DNA of 61,748 bases, counting the filler, from Globobulimina sp. (Eukaryota): assembly GCA_003354225.1 (NCBI GenBank). It is 16 parts of 16 records of this genome, joined end to end, with 100 filler letters (N's around TTAATTAATTAA, not from the genome) between each part and the next. Parts side by side here need not be neighbours in the genome. Positions count along the whole stretch, not along the records: positions 34,806 to 38,570 come from PIVH01002136.1; positions 38,671 to 42,435 come from PIVH01002137.1; positions 42,536 to 46,298 come from PIVH01002138.1; 13 more parts are not named here. The stretch is one strand, 5' to 3'. The position numbers and the translations under genes are program-made. Numbering within the stretch: the first letter of the stretch is position 1; every line of letters begins with the position of its first letter. The notes below the pieces were generated by a model. The model worked only from the letters and a program-made list of their open reading frames with translations, was not told where the DNA came from and did no database searches. Shown here piece after piece: positions 34,984 to 46,398 of this stretch.

Positions 34984-37110
34984 ATGCTTTCCGGCTCAAA
35001 CTCTCAAACAAATATAAATATAAATATACAATTACCTTTGCCAGGCACGGTCATACGGAAAAGAATTGTTTATGGGACAATATGTGTCATCATTATCCTG
35101 TTAATCTACATGGAGTCTAACTTGCTGTCAATGGATCCGCAACACACAAATGATGAGGATGCTATGAGCTTATTTATTGGCAGCGAGCAAAGCAAAGCCA
35201 TTCCCATTCAAAGTATATTGCAGCACAACGTCGCGAAAACAGACAACACCAATAATGACAACAATATTAATGAGGAATCCGATGATATCACCAATTCGAA
35301 TGCGAACCTGAAGCTGAAGCTGAACCAAACAGATTGGGATCGAGAAACAAAGTGGTTTCACCAAATAGAATTTCAAGAATCAGTGTTTAACGTGACATGG
35401 CACACTTTGTTTGACAATGAAACAGATCTCAAAATAAATGAAAATAGACACAAACTAGAAAGCGAATATAATCTCCATCCATTACATCCAAATTTTGATA
35501 CCATTGAACTGCTTCCATTGCCTCGCAAATTTCTGTTGTATTCCAAGCTGATTCCTATCGGCGACAAACAGCTAAAATTTGAGTCCAATATGCCGCACAG
35601 CAAAATAATTGAAAACAGCATCAACAAATATCTGCCTTTAATGTTCGAGCATAGATTGGATGACATCGACGTCGCCGTCGCCGCCTTGCACGAATATTAT
35701 TTCTTGAATGTTGAGATACGAATAAAAAATACAGACATTAGCATCTTCAAACAGGATACGGACGAATCGTACCGTATGTTGATACCGTTTGGCGTCGACA
35801 GTGCGAGTCATACCATTTCCATTTCGTGTATGACTGTGTTCGGTGTCTTGCATGCAATGGAAACGTTATCTCAGTTAATTGAGTATGACTTCAATCAAAA
35901 CCTATATTTTATAAAATACATTGGCTACATTTCCGACTCTCCATTCTATAAATACAGAGGCGTCCATTTGGATACATCGCGCCATTTTTATCCGATTGGC
36001 GCAATATTTAAGTTGATCGATTCGATGGTTTATACAAAGTTCAATGTGTTCCATTGGCATATCGTGGATGATCAGTCGTGGCCATTCCCACTGTCCGTAT
36101 ATCCCAACGTGTCAATGAATAGTTCGTGGAGCAAATATGAACAATATTCCATCTCTGATGTTTATGCCATAATATCCTATGCCGCGTTGCATGGCATTCG
36201 AGTCATTCCGGAATTCGATGTTCCAGCACACGTTGCTTCTTTATGCGAGGTGTTCGATATATGCATGGATCAATTTTGCACGCGATCAACCAACGGATTG
36301 TTAGACCCCACAAAGTCTCAGTCATTGACGGTGATTTTTAATATTTATCGGGAGATAATGTCGATTTTCGCAGACGAATATGTCCATATTGGCCACGACG
36401 AAGCCGATTACAAGAAATGCTTTCGAAGGAATGGAAAGTTAAAGAGCTGGGTCTCTCAGAATGTTATAAGAGGAAAGAAGCGAAGTCGCAAAGAATTGGG
36501 AGTTTATTATTATTTTTTGGATAAAACGCACAGTTTTTTCAAACAGGAATATCAAAATAAACGCATTATTGCTTGGGATGACATTTGGTTTCGACTGCGG
36601 AAGAAATTCGACATTCCTTCGGATATAATATTGGTTTTTTGGCGGCAAGCTTGGAAGCAAAAGATCTGGGAAATGATTGCCATGAATTTCAGCATCATTA
36701 TGTCGGAGCCGTTTTATATCGATTTGACAAACACGGACTTAAAACGCAGATATTATTGGGATCTGTGGATGGTTGAAAAGGACCGGAAAAGTAAGAACGG
36801 GCTGGATGCGTTTGATGAGAAATGGAGGGACAATATCTTGGGCGGACAAGCTTGTATTTGGAGCGAAAGAATTGATATTTCTGTGTTGGACGCAAAACTA
36901 TTCCCGGATTTGTCGGCAATTGCAGAGAATTTATGGCTGGGCGGCAAATATACAAAATATAACAATTGGAATATCGTGAAAAAAAGATTAAAATGGCATA
37001 GATGCTTATTGTTAAAAAGAGGGATCGGAGCGTCCCCCATTGAGTCGAATAGAAGCACTAATTTATATAATAGACAGCCACCGCAACCTGGCTCTTGTTA
37101 TCAACAATAA
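34984..37110 (+). CDS. Beta-N-acetylhexosaminidase (GH20) with type II membrane anchor
   Basis: DESY.M, YRGVHLDTSRHFY, KFNVFHWHIVDDQSWP, GIRVIPEFDVPAH, HIGHDE, ILGGQACIWSE. Confidence 0.93.
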   Translation: MLSGSNSQTNININIQLPLPGTVIRKRIVYGTICVIIILLIYMESNLLSMDPQHTNDEDAMSLFIGSEQSKAIPIQSILQHNVAKTDNTNNDNNINEESDDITNSNANLKLKLNQTDWDRETKWFHQIEFQESVFNVTWHTLFDNETDLKINENRHKLESEYNLHPLHPNFDTIELLPLPRKFLLYSKLIPIGDKQLKFESNMPHSKIIENSINKYLPLMFEHRLDDIDVAVAALHEYYFLNVEIRIKNTDISIFKQDTDESYRMLIPFGVDSASHTISISCMTVFGVLHAMETLSQLIEYDFNQNLYFIKYIGYISDSPFYKYRGVHLDTSRHFYPIGAIFKLIDSMVYTKFNVFHWHIVDDQSWPFPLSVYPNVSMNSSWSKYEQYSISDVYAIISYAALHGIRVIPEFDVPAHVASLCEVFDICMDQFCTRSTNGLLDPTKSQSLTVIFNIYREIMSIFADEYVHIGHDEADYKKCFRRNGKLKSWVSQNVIRGKKRSRKELGVYYYFLDKTHSFFKQEYQNKRIIAWDDIWFRLRKKFDIPSDIILVFWRQAWKQKIWEMIAMNFSIIMSEPFYIDLTNTDLKRRYYWDLWMVEKDRKSKNGLDAFDEKWRDNILGGQACIWSERIDISVLDAKLFPDLSAIAENLWLGGKYTKYNNWNIVKKRLKWHRCLLLKRGIGASPIESNRSTNLYNRQPPQPGSCYQQ

Positions 37111-37129
37111 TTTAATTAATTTGTAAACC

Positions 37130-38413
37130 ATGGCCGAGTCACGCCAAACTAAGCAGATAGAGATGGAGATGGATGAATGTGCGCCATCTCCAGAAAGTGA
37201 TGCCAGTGCCGAAACGAATAAAGTGTGTGGAGTCATGAAATACATCTACGTGGTTAGCGTGTTTTTGTTTGGATTTGCTCTGATTGCAGTGAAGCAATTC
37301 TCTGATGATTTTGACGATTGGCTGGATGAGAGCCAACAACAAGTCTTGGAATTCTTTTTGGAGAACAGCATGCTATTTATCATTGTGGTTATTTTGTTTA
37401 TATCCATTTTAAAAGGATTTGGTGTGAAGGATGTGCTGTCACTGCGGACCATTTCTGTCGTTATTTTGTCATATAAAATCGTTTCAAATTCCCAATTTCT
37501 AACATTTCTGTTATCAGTTTTAATTTTAGGCGTTTTATCCTCTTGTTCGAAATTATTGGAATACAAAGTAATTGGCCGCGAATTGCAAATTGTGGAAGGC
37601 ACTCCAACTAAATACATATTCAAATATATCAGAAAAATGTTGCTGTTCTGCTTTACAAACGAAGATAAAATAAAATGGCTGGATCCAAAATATACGTTTC
37701 AAATTAGTGACAAATCGCGGACTGATTCCGATATGGACGTTTACTCCAATTTTCATATTGTTATTACGCAATTATTCAAACGAAAAGAGGAAACTCAGTG
37801 CGATATCGGTACAGCCAAACATGTACAATATAGGTTTGTGGCAAAGGATACAATTTGCAGGATATTGGTTTTTGTGCTTGCTGTGATATGGTGCTCCATC
37901 ATTGAATGGGTGCAGCCAATCACGGAATTATTTTTGTATGCCCATAATTGGCGGCTATCCTTTCGCAATGTAACAATTATTATTTTGTCTGAGATTGCCG
38001 ACATTGATAAAATGGTGGAAGTGGTGTTTATCATTACCTCTTTGTACGAAGATGGCGATGTAATTGCGGGGAAAATATCGGGTGTTTTGTTCAAACCCGT
38101 TTTTTGGGCCTTGGGCTATTTGCTGGTGATGCCACTCTCATTGTTGTGGGCCTATCAATTTCATCAAAAATATTTGTTTGTTGACAATTATCCACCGGAT
38201 AATAATAATAATATTTTTGAAATGGCTATACCGGCGATGGAGCGAACAACAACTCCGTTCTTGGATGAATATTCGCCGACTAATAATAGTGATGGTGATG
38301 CTTGGAAAAGATTTAAATATGATCATAATTATGAACAGACCAACAAAACAGAGGAGGAAGTGTTTGTACTTGGGAATCATACAACGCATAGAATGCATAG
38401 CACACACTTGTAG
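37130..38413 (+). CDS. Hypothetical multi-pass membrane protein
   Basis: 427-aa ORF starting 19 bp after the GH20 stop, with 5-6 hydrophobic segments. Confidence 0.6.
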   Translation: MAESRQTKQIEMEMDECAPSPESDASAETNKVCGVMKYIYVVSVFLFGFALIAVKQFSDDFDDWLDESQQQVLEFFLENSMLFIIVVILFISILKGFGVKDVLSLRTISVVILSYKIVSNSQFLTFLLSVLILGVLSSCSKLLEYKVIGRELQIVEGTPTKYIFKYIRKMLLFCFTNEDKIKWLDPKYTFQISDKSRTDSDMDVYSNFHIVITQLFKRKEETQCDIGTAKHVQYRFVAKDTICRILVFVLAVIWCSIIEWVQPITELFLYAHNWRLSFRNVTIIILSEIADIDKMVEVVFIITSLYEDGDVIAGKISGVLFKPVFWALGYLLVMPLSLLWAYQFHQKYLFVDNYPPDNNNNIFEMAIPAMERTTTPFLDEYSPTNNSDGDAWKRFKYDHNYEQTNKTEEEVFVLGNHTTHRMHSTHL

Positions 38414-38867
38414 CTCGAATTTATCTTTACTTTAACGATATATTCCAAAAGATACCTCCCCCCCCCTCCCCCCGGTTGATAAGTTGTATACATTTAATTC
38501 AATTATCTAAGAAACGCTTTGCAAATCCAGAACAAAGTCAGAACAAATTTATAATTGAATTTTCGGTATANNNNNNNNNNNNNNNNNNNNNNNNNNNNNN
38601 NNNNNNNNNNNNNNTTAATTAATTAANNNNNNNNNNNNNNNNNNNNNNNNNNNNNNNNNNNNNNNNNNNNCTGTTCGACAGGATTGTTAAAAAAAATGAA
38701 AAACTCTGTCAAACTGAATGAAAATTCAGTACATATCGGAGACCCCTATTATAGTTTTTAAATATTATTATGTACCTGACTAACGACTGTTGTTTTAAGT
38801 TTAGATGCACCTCAACTCGCTAAATATTGCAATTGTGCTATTGTATTTGTGTTTGGCATCAAATACT

Positions 38868-41035
38868 ATGTCCCAGCAACAAACGCCAACCTCAAATGAA
38901 ATAACATCAGAAATACAAACATTTATGGATTGCCTGAAACACACCGTTTACTTAAAACCATCTTCGATATCCATAGATATAATTATTAAATACATCGTGG
39001 AATGCCAAGTATCAAAAGTCCAACAAATAATCGATGATATTGCCCTGTATTCCGACCTCATGCCTGGGCCTGGCATCATCTGTCAATAAATCTAAAATAT
39101 TTGCAAAGATGGTTACGATGGATAGCCAAGATTCTATCATCCAAATCATGCTCCATTGTGAGTGCTACACATTTACAAATACGCAATTTTATATTGTGTT
39201 CCTGCTGTTTAGCCGGAATACTTTTACTATCTTTACTATGAGACAAAGAATAACTTGCTACACATATATCGATGAGCAGGTACGAATATATCTGACTGTT
39301 ATTTGAAATGTGCGATGGATTTTGTCTATTAATTTTGTTTGAATATGATCGATTTTATAAAAACACAAATATATATATATGTTTCCCTACGGTATTGTAT
39401 AATGTATATGATGTTACACAGTTTGATGACATCGAGGACATTATGGATGATATAGATGAATACGACGAGAATGATAATAATTCTGCCATCGTCGAGGAAA
39501 TGGAACTATCCATCTCTGCTTCCAATGAATTCGCGTCAGAGTTTTTGAGAGCAATACAACAGTCTCAACAATCACCTTCGACACTGCTTATGGACCACAA
39601 GAATGTTATAACAGACGAGTTTAATTTCGATGGAGAACACAAAGAACAGATTTTCAATATGGAACAGTGCAAAGATATTGTTGTTGAAATGATAAAAATT
39701 GAAACGGATTTAGACATATTATATTTTGATGATAATGCTGAGAATATCAGCAAGTTAATCAACAAAATGGGTCCGGATGTTAGTTTTTGTTTTTTTTCCC
39801 AACAACTTCAGTATTATTATATATGTACTGCAGCAAAAAACATATTTCTATATCTGATATATAGGTATTCTTGGATTTGCATGGCATTTTAACGAGGCAT
39901 ATAATGAATGGATACATGAAAGATATAAAAACTGAATGGAGCGCAATTATATCGAAACAAATGCGCTCTTTTATCATAGAAACATATTTTATGAATGACA
40001 AATCGGTGCAATATCAAAATATGGATCTTGCCAACCTAATGAGAAGACATATACCGCATAGTCCTCTGTTACATGTTCTGATCAATACTAGTTCTAATAT
40101 GGGCCACAAATTAAATGCAAAGGACGCAAATCTGAAACTAATTCAATACATTCAATTAATATCATCCATAAATGGGATCCCATCAATGATGAATTTATTG
40201 AACAAACAGGAAGGATCAAAGATCATTCATTTTGATTTATTGTTTGTTTTTCATAAGAAAATCTGGAAAGAAATTGCTAACAGAATTGTTAAGAAAAATA
40301 ATCATAATTTTATTGTTAAAAGCAAGAAAATAAAAAAGCAGCAGCAATATTATGATCCACAAGAAATAAAAAATCACATTTTTAGTCAATTGTTGCAAAT
40401 GTTATGCAAACTACTGCGGGATGCTTCATTTACAACTGATGTGATCCGGATTTATGTCAACTGCAGCAGTTAAGATATATGCTTATCATATATACAGTTG
40501 TATTCATTGTATATGTGATGTATTTATAATAAAAACAGAGTTTGCAGAGAACAGATATCCTGAATTGATCATAGAATATAGAAATATAACAGTTATTTGC
40601 AAATATCACTTGAATCTGTTTTACACAGTACTGTCGAGGAAACGATACACCGCAGATATTGAAAACGCTAAACACGCACTGGGATATAAATTTGGTGGAC
40701 ATAGGAATGCAGACATTGTTAAAATTGTAGAATCTCGCTATTTTATGCATTCATTTATCGTTAAACCACGTGAGAACAGTTTCAATGTGTTACAGTTTAT
40801 TCATTACGGATTTGGAGTAATGCGTTTTGTAAAAGATGATATTTATAGAATTATGCCGTATTTCTTTGTGAATTCCAGCAAAGATCAGTATCTAACACAA
40901 CAGCAAGTTTTTGGATATGACAAACAAGTTAGTTATTTGACAAATAAATTATACGTTGAGACGGAAAAAAAATTTGATAAATTCCAGCACTCAAATCGCA
41001 AACCTAAATACGGCAAATATTCAACAAAACAATAA
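38868..41035 (+). CDS. Hypothetical multi-exon protein (structure uncertain)
   Basis: Chain of overlapping + strand ORFs (38805, 39308, 39871, 40454) with GT..AG candidates between them; no recognisable domain. Confidence 0.4.
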
Positions 41036-41163
41036 ATCGCACTGATAACCCCCACATTTATAGCAAATCTAAATAAAAACCTTGTTACAAGTTGTTGCTC
41101 TGCACCATTACACTCTAATTCATCACTTTCGTATTATTATTTGAATCAACGAACACATACAAT

Positions 41164-42435
41164 ATGGGAGCAAATGTATTTGATGTAATCGATATTATTG
41201 GAATTATTTTAATGTTAATCGGTGTGTTGCTGTTAACTCCGATTTTATTATATTCATTATACAACTTTTATTCTATAAATATTCGATCGACAGATCTCAT
41301 TAAATATCGAAATAAAAGATTAGTATATTATATGAATGCATTAGCCATACTCTCATTTTGTACGGAAAGAATATTTACTATTTTCACGCAAGTATTACGC
41401 ATTCCCGATGGTGCAATATCACAATCTCTCTGTTTCATTGCTGTTTATTTATTTGTCTTTGGTTTTTATACGTTATTTCTTATTAAAACATGGTTAAGTT
41501 ATTATTCACGTGAATATCATCGTAAATCAGTAGAATTAGCATGGTGCAAAGATGTGGACCCAACAACTTCGAAAAATGTCTCAAATGAATGGTTTATAAA
41601 ATACAAACATAAATTAGGCAATGATAGGTTTTTAATAAAAATTGCTGTTTTCCCGTTTTTATTTTTTATTTTGTTGGAAATAATTCTAGATATTATGATT
41701 GAGGGCTCGCTCATTGATGATGTAATTACTTTATCGTATGCCTCATTTATATTTATTGTTTCATTCGTATTATATTACAAAACTCTTAATTTTAATGATA
41801 TTTATCATATTAAACAAGAAATGCAATATCAAACAATCATATTATTATTTATTGTATTTATTAGCATATTAAGTGTACTCATTCAGATCATTCGATATCA
41901 TGATATAGATATTATTTGTATAAAATCAACAAATGAATGTGATATACATCGAGTTGAATGGCTACTTTCTTCATTCATTGGCTATATTACATTATTTTCA
42001 ATATCATTAATATCGACTGCGTTTCCTGTGTATTTATATAAGAAAAATATAAATACCGTACAAATGAGCCAATGCATCGACGAAACGAGCACTGAGAAAC
42101 ATCATTTCTTAGATGGAATGTTCAAAATTATATCACATGAATCTGGATTTAAAGCATTTATGGTTCATTTAATTAAAGAATATTCGACTGAAAACATCTT
42201 ATTTATTCTTGAATTGGTTCAAATAAAATCATCATTCCAATTCAAACATAATAATGTATTAAAATTACCAAAATCTATTGATTTAAATCTATTATCAATG
42301 CCAGACGCTAAAAATAAAAAAGTAATATCTGTTGAAAAAATAACAGTTAATTTTAATATGCTACCAATGGAATTTAAGAGACCAAAAACGTTAACACCGA
42401 AAATTGTTTTAGAGGAACCATATTCAAATAATAAT
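41164..42435 (+). CDS. 7TM-RGS protein, 3' end cut
   Basis: About 7 TM segments with IKYRN and D.YHIKQE motifs, followed by an RGS box (IISHESGFKAFMVHLIKEYSTENILFILEL). Confidence 0.85.
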
Positions 42436-42535
42436 NNNNNNNNNNNNNNNNNNNNNNNNNNNNNNNNNNNNNNNNNNNNTTAATTAATTAANNNNNNNNN
42501 NNNNNNNNNNNNNNNNNNNNNNNNNNNNNNNNNNN

Positions 42536-42654
42536 TTATCATCGCCAACGCGAGTATTTTGTAACACGTTGGTGGTTCACAATGATTTGGTATATGGCGG
42601 GTATTCAGACGGAATTATTCGAGCTTGGAAGTTTAATGGACAGCTAAAGTATGA
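42536..42654 (+). repeat. 119-bp terminal direct repeat, left copy
   Basis: Identical to 46180..46298 (TTATCATCGCC...AAGTATGA). Confidence 0.97.
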
Positions 42655-44897
42655 ACGGGGAGGACATAGAACGGCAATTAAACAGTTAATAGTGGCTGGA
42701 GATAAAATCTATTCATATGACGATTGCTGCAAGTTATTGGAACGGGATCCATTTGGAAATGTATTGCGCGAATTTGAATTGAATAATAAATGGATTCGAG
42801 CAATCGTAGCCATCCCAAATAGTAATCAATTATGGATGGTGCATCACGACGGCGTCTACGTTTGGCAAAATGTTAAGTTTTTTTTTTCTTTACAGTTTTT
42901 TTTAACTTTAATTTATAATGATTTTATTTTGACTTTGATGTAAATAGTATTCACTCATTGAGATTCTCCACGGCCACGAAGCGCCATTAACGAGCATCTC
43001 ACAGCCATGGAATGATCAGATATGGACAGGCGACAAAAATGGGGTAATTTGCCTGTGGGACATGAAGACGTTCAGTCTTTTACGCAGAGTCAAATATGGA
43101 TCGCTGCCAATCACTGATTTTACGCCTATTAACAACGAGTATATGTTGGTTGCAAATGACAGTCTCGTCGAAGGCCTCTTGATTGCCGCACTGAATAAAG
43201 ATGGAAATTTAATAAAGTTTTTATTCCCTTTGCCAGATTCGGACACAAATCAGAATAATAAGCAATGTTTTTATTCCTCTCCGCAATCATTGACTTCTCG
43301 CAATCGCAAAGCGATGGCATTTACATTATATTCGGCGACGTCCATCGCAGCCATCGAAGCAAAGAAATTGCAGATTGGCACTGAGAAATATGTGTTGTCG
43401 CAAATGGTAATGGACCACAAATACGGTCGCTTATGGCTCGGATTTAAGAATCCACTCTGTTTACAATCATATAATTTGCATTCTGGCTCGCTTTGTGAGT
43501 CGAAGAAAAGGCAAAATAAAATAGAAATTACTTCAAATAATTGCGTTAAACTGGATGTCGAATCAGAATCAGATTCAGATAATAACCGCAATAAAGGCGT
43601 GGATGCGGCGCAATCAATGGTATTAACACCGAGTTCAATGGACATCCAACGACAGCGATTAATGCAATTTGCAGAAACTTTGAATGCAGAGACACTGAAA
43701 TTGAATGCAGACAAAACTGAAATAAAAAAACAAAAATCCATTTTACAAAAGGAACTGAGAGATATTCAGCAAAGAACTAAGAAATTTGAAGTGATGATTT
43801 CTGAGCAAAAATGTAAAATGAATGAAAAGAAAGATTATGAAAATCGGATCGGCAAATTACAAGAAAGTTTAATAAATTCACGCGTTGAACTCACAAAATA
43901 TAAAGAAAGCTGCAACGACCAATTAAAGCAAATTCGTTCCATTCAGCACAACAAAGAAATGGTTGAATATCAACTAAAACAAACACTGAATCAAGTCAAT
44001 GAAATGAAAAAATGCAAAGTTAAACGCGGCGCGGATTTGAAAAAAGTGAATGAGTTAATTTGTGACAATAACGCAAAAGAAATGAAATATGTCTCTGAAA
44101 TGCAGGAAAAAACAAGAAAACTGATTGAAAGCGAAGAATTATTCAATAATATCAAATTAGAAAACGACAAATTCAAAAATATAAATAGTGAGTTAGTAAA
44201 ACAAGTGGATGGATTATTGAATATTTCGGTGGACAGAAAAGAGACAATTTCGACATTACAAAGAGAGCAACGCCAAAATGCAGAGCATAGCCAACAATGC
44301 AACGAGTTTATGTTATCATTATTTGATCATTGCCATCGATGCAATGACAATAATAAACCAACTCCGATGCGCGAATTACAGTGTTTTGCACAGCAAACAT
44401 CGGCAATCTTGTCCTGGTTCGAAAGGCATGAAAACAAAATGTGTTCGAAAATATTACTTCATAATGAAACATTGAACCAATACGAAAACAAATGCCACAA
44501 ATTGCAAAATGAAAAGGAAAAACTGGAAAATGACAATAATTTGTTAGCGAGCAATGGCGATCAAACCATCTCTGACAACAAAGAAATGGGCAAACAATTG
44601 AAGGATTTACAAAATGCATTTTCGAGATTATTACACAAATTCAATCAAAACTCACTTCAAACCAACCAAATAAAACAAGAATTAAATGAGAAATGTCAAG
44701 AATGTGAAGAGATTCATTTGGATTATGTTCGAATGAAAATGCAACATTCCGAATTTAAGCAAAAATATGAAAGATTACAAGCACAACAAATACAAATAAA
44801 ACAACCACAGCCACAACAACAAGAAAATGAAAATGAAAATGATGAAAAAAGTATATTAATGCAATTAAATCAATCCATTGCAAACGATCCGCAATAA
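42536..44897 (+). CDS. WD40-repeat plus long coiled-coil protein; intron 42872..42947; its 5' end lies at the other end of the contig (46141..46298)
   Basis: GGYSDGIIRAWK, GHRTAIKQL and GHEAPLTSI..IWTGDKNGVICLWD, then a heptad-rich E/K/Q region. Confidence 0.82.
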
Positions 44898-46179
44898 TAA
44901 ATTGTAAGTTTTCTGGGTTTTTTTTTAAATTTAATTCATATTTCAGACACAACTCCGTTTGATACCAACTTTCTCATCATGTTAAATATGCAGTTATTGC
45001 AATAAATTTATTTGTCCTTTGTCTTCAAATGAAAATCTGTTTGGTATTAAGACAAATATAATAAAATAATGCGTCGATCTCCGATCCTAATCTTATTCAA
45101 ATAAAAAAATTGTTGGATTTTAAGCAAATAATATTCAATGGAAATTTTTATGGTTCACAAATAATCAAACAAATTCAAAGAAAAACAAGCAATGAAAATG
45201 ATAAAATCACAGAAAATTCAAAAGGATATGTTTAAAAAGAATAAAATTTAAATGAAAAAGTGCAATAATTATTTAGTTTTATAAATTATTAATTCTCGTT
45301 TATGTTTTATTAACTCAACAAAAAAATTGCTCTCCACAAATTTACAACGCATTTCATCCGAAAATACACGATCTAACCCTTACCATGTAACCGCAATGCA
45401 AATGCGTGGTTTAAAACGCAAATTGAGACATATTCTTCTTTCTCGTTATCATCAATATTACAGTTTGTTGTCTGTTTTGAATATTTGAAAATCACTTTGC
45501 TCTGTTTCAGTCACTGTGGCTTTGTCTTTTATTGTTTGCCATTTTTTAAAATGAAAATCCTCGCTATTTCTGTATAAAACAAAACAAAAAGTGTTGTAAC
45601 TGAGAAAGCTTTAATTTGATATTATTAATAATTGTTTGTGCGTATTATTGTGAGTGAGTTTATTAATGTTTTGTAAAAAAGTGAACACGTTCTTTGACAT
45701 TGTATTATATGCAAATTGTTTGGTGCTGAGTTTGGTGGACAGCGTACTGAGCGGTTACTTTTCCAGCGCACCATAATAAACTCACAAATAATATCCACAA
45801 ACAACTATAAAATCAATAATTGGAATGGATCGATATGGGATTTCGTAAAATAAGCAGTGAGCGATGCTGTTTGTATTGGTTTCAAACCCAATTAAAAAAT
45901 ATGTGCGATGATAATGCCAAAAACCATCTCGTTCATTACTTATTTTGTGGCTCTTTGTTTGTTGAAATACATCAATATTAATTGTGTGTCGTTGTGGTGT
46001 GATATCGATCGATATTAAATTTGATTGTTTTTGTGTGACGGCGGTGTTGTATTTGTGCCAAATCCGGCTATCCTAATATATGCTGACTATGCGCCAAAAA
46101 CACAAACTGACGAAAGCATCTAAATACTTAGTCACAGTTTTTGAGTGGAAAGTTAGTAAAAGTTGATCATCAAAAACAC

Positions 46180-46298
46180 TTATCATCGCCAACGCGAGTA
46201 TTTTGTAACACGTTGGTGGTTCACAATGATTTGGTATATGGCGGGTATTCAGACGGAATTATTCGAGCTTGGAAGTTTAATGGACAGCTAAAGTATGA
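46180..46298 (+). repeat. 119-bp terminal direct repeat, right copy
   Basis: Identical to 42536..42654. Confidence 0.97.
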
Positions 46299-46398
46299 NN
46301 NNNNNNNNNNNNNNNNNNNNNNNNNNNNNNNNNNNNNNNNNNTTAATTAATTAANNNNNNNNNNNNNNNNNNNNNNNNNNNNNNNNNNNNNNNNNNNN

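Noticed and set aside
39080-39280. Stop-riddled frame read as C-to-T hypermutation or U-to-C editing
   Set aside because: Any stop can be reverted by T-to-C, an alternative frame is open, and no homologue is available to fix the frame.
45373-45383. 11-nt micro-intron GTAAGGGTTAG on the minus strand that would restore a frame
   Set aside because: It is shorter than known spliceosomal introns and than all others here, and there is no homology support.
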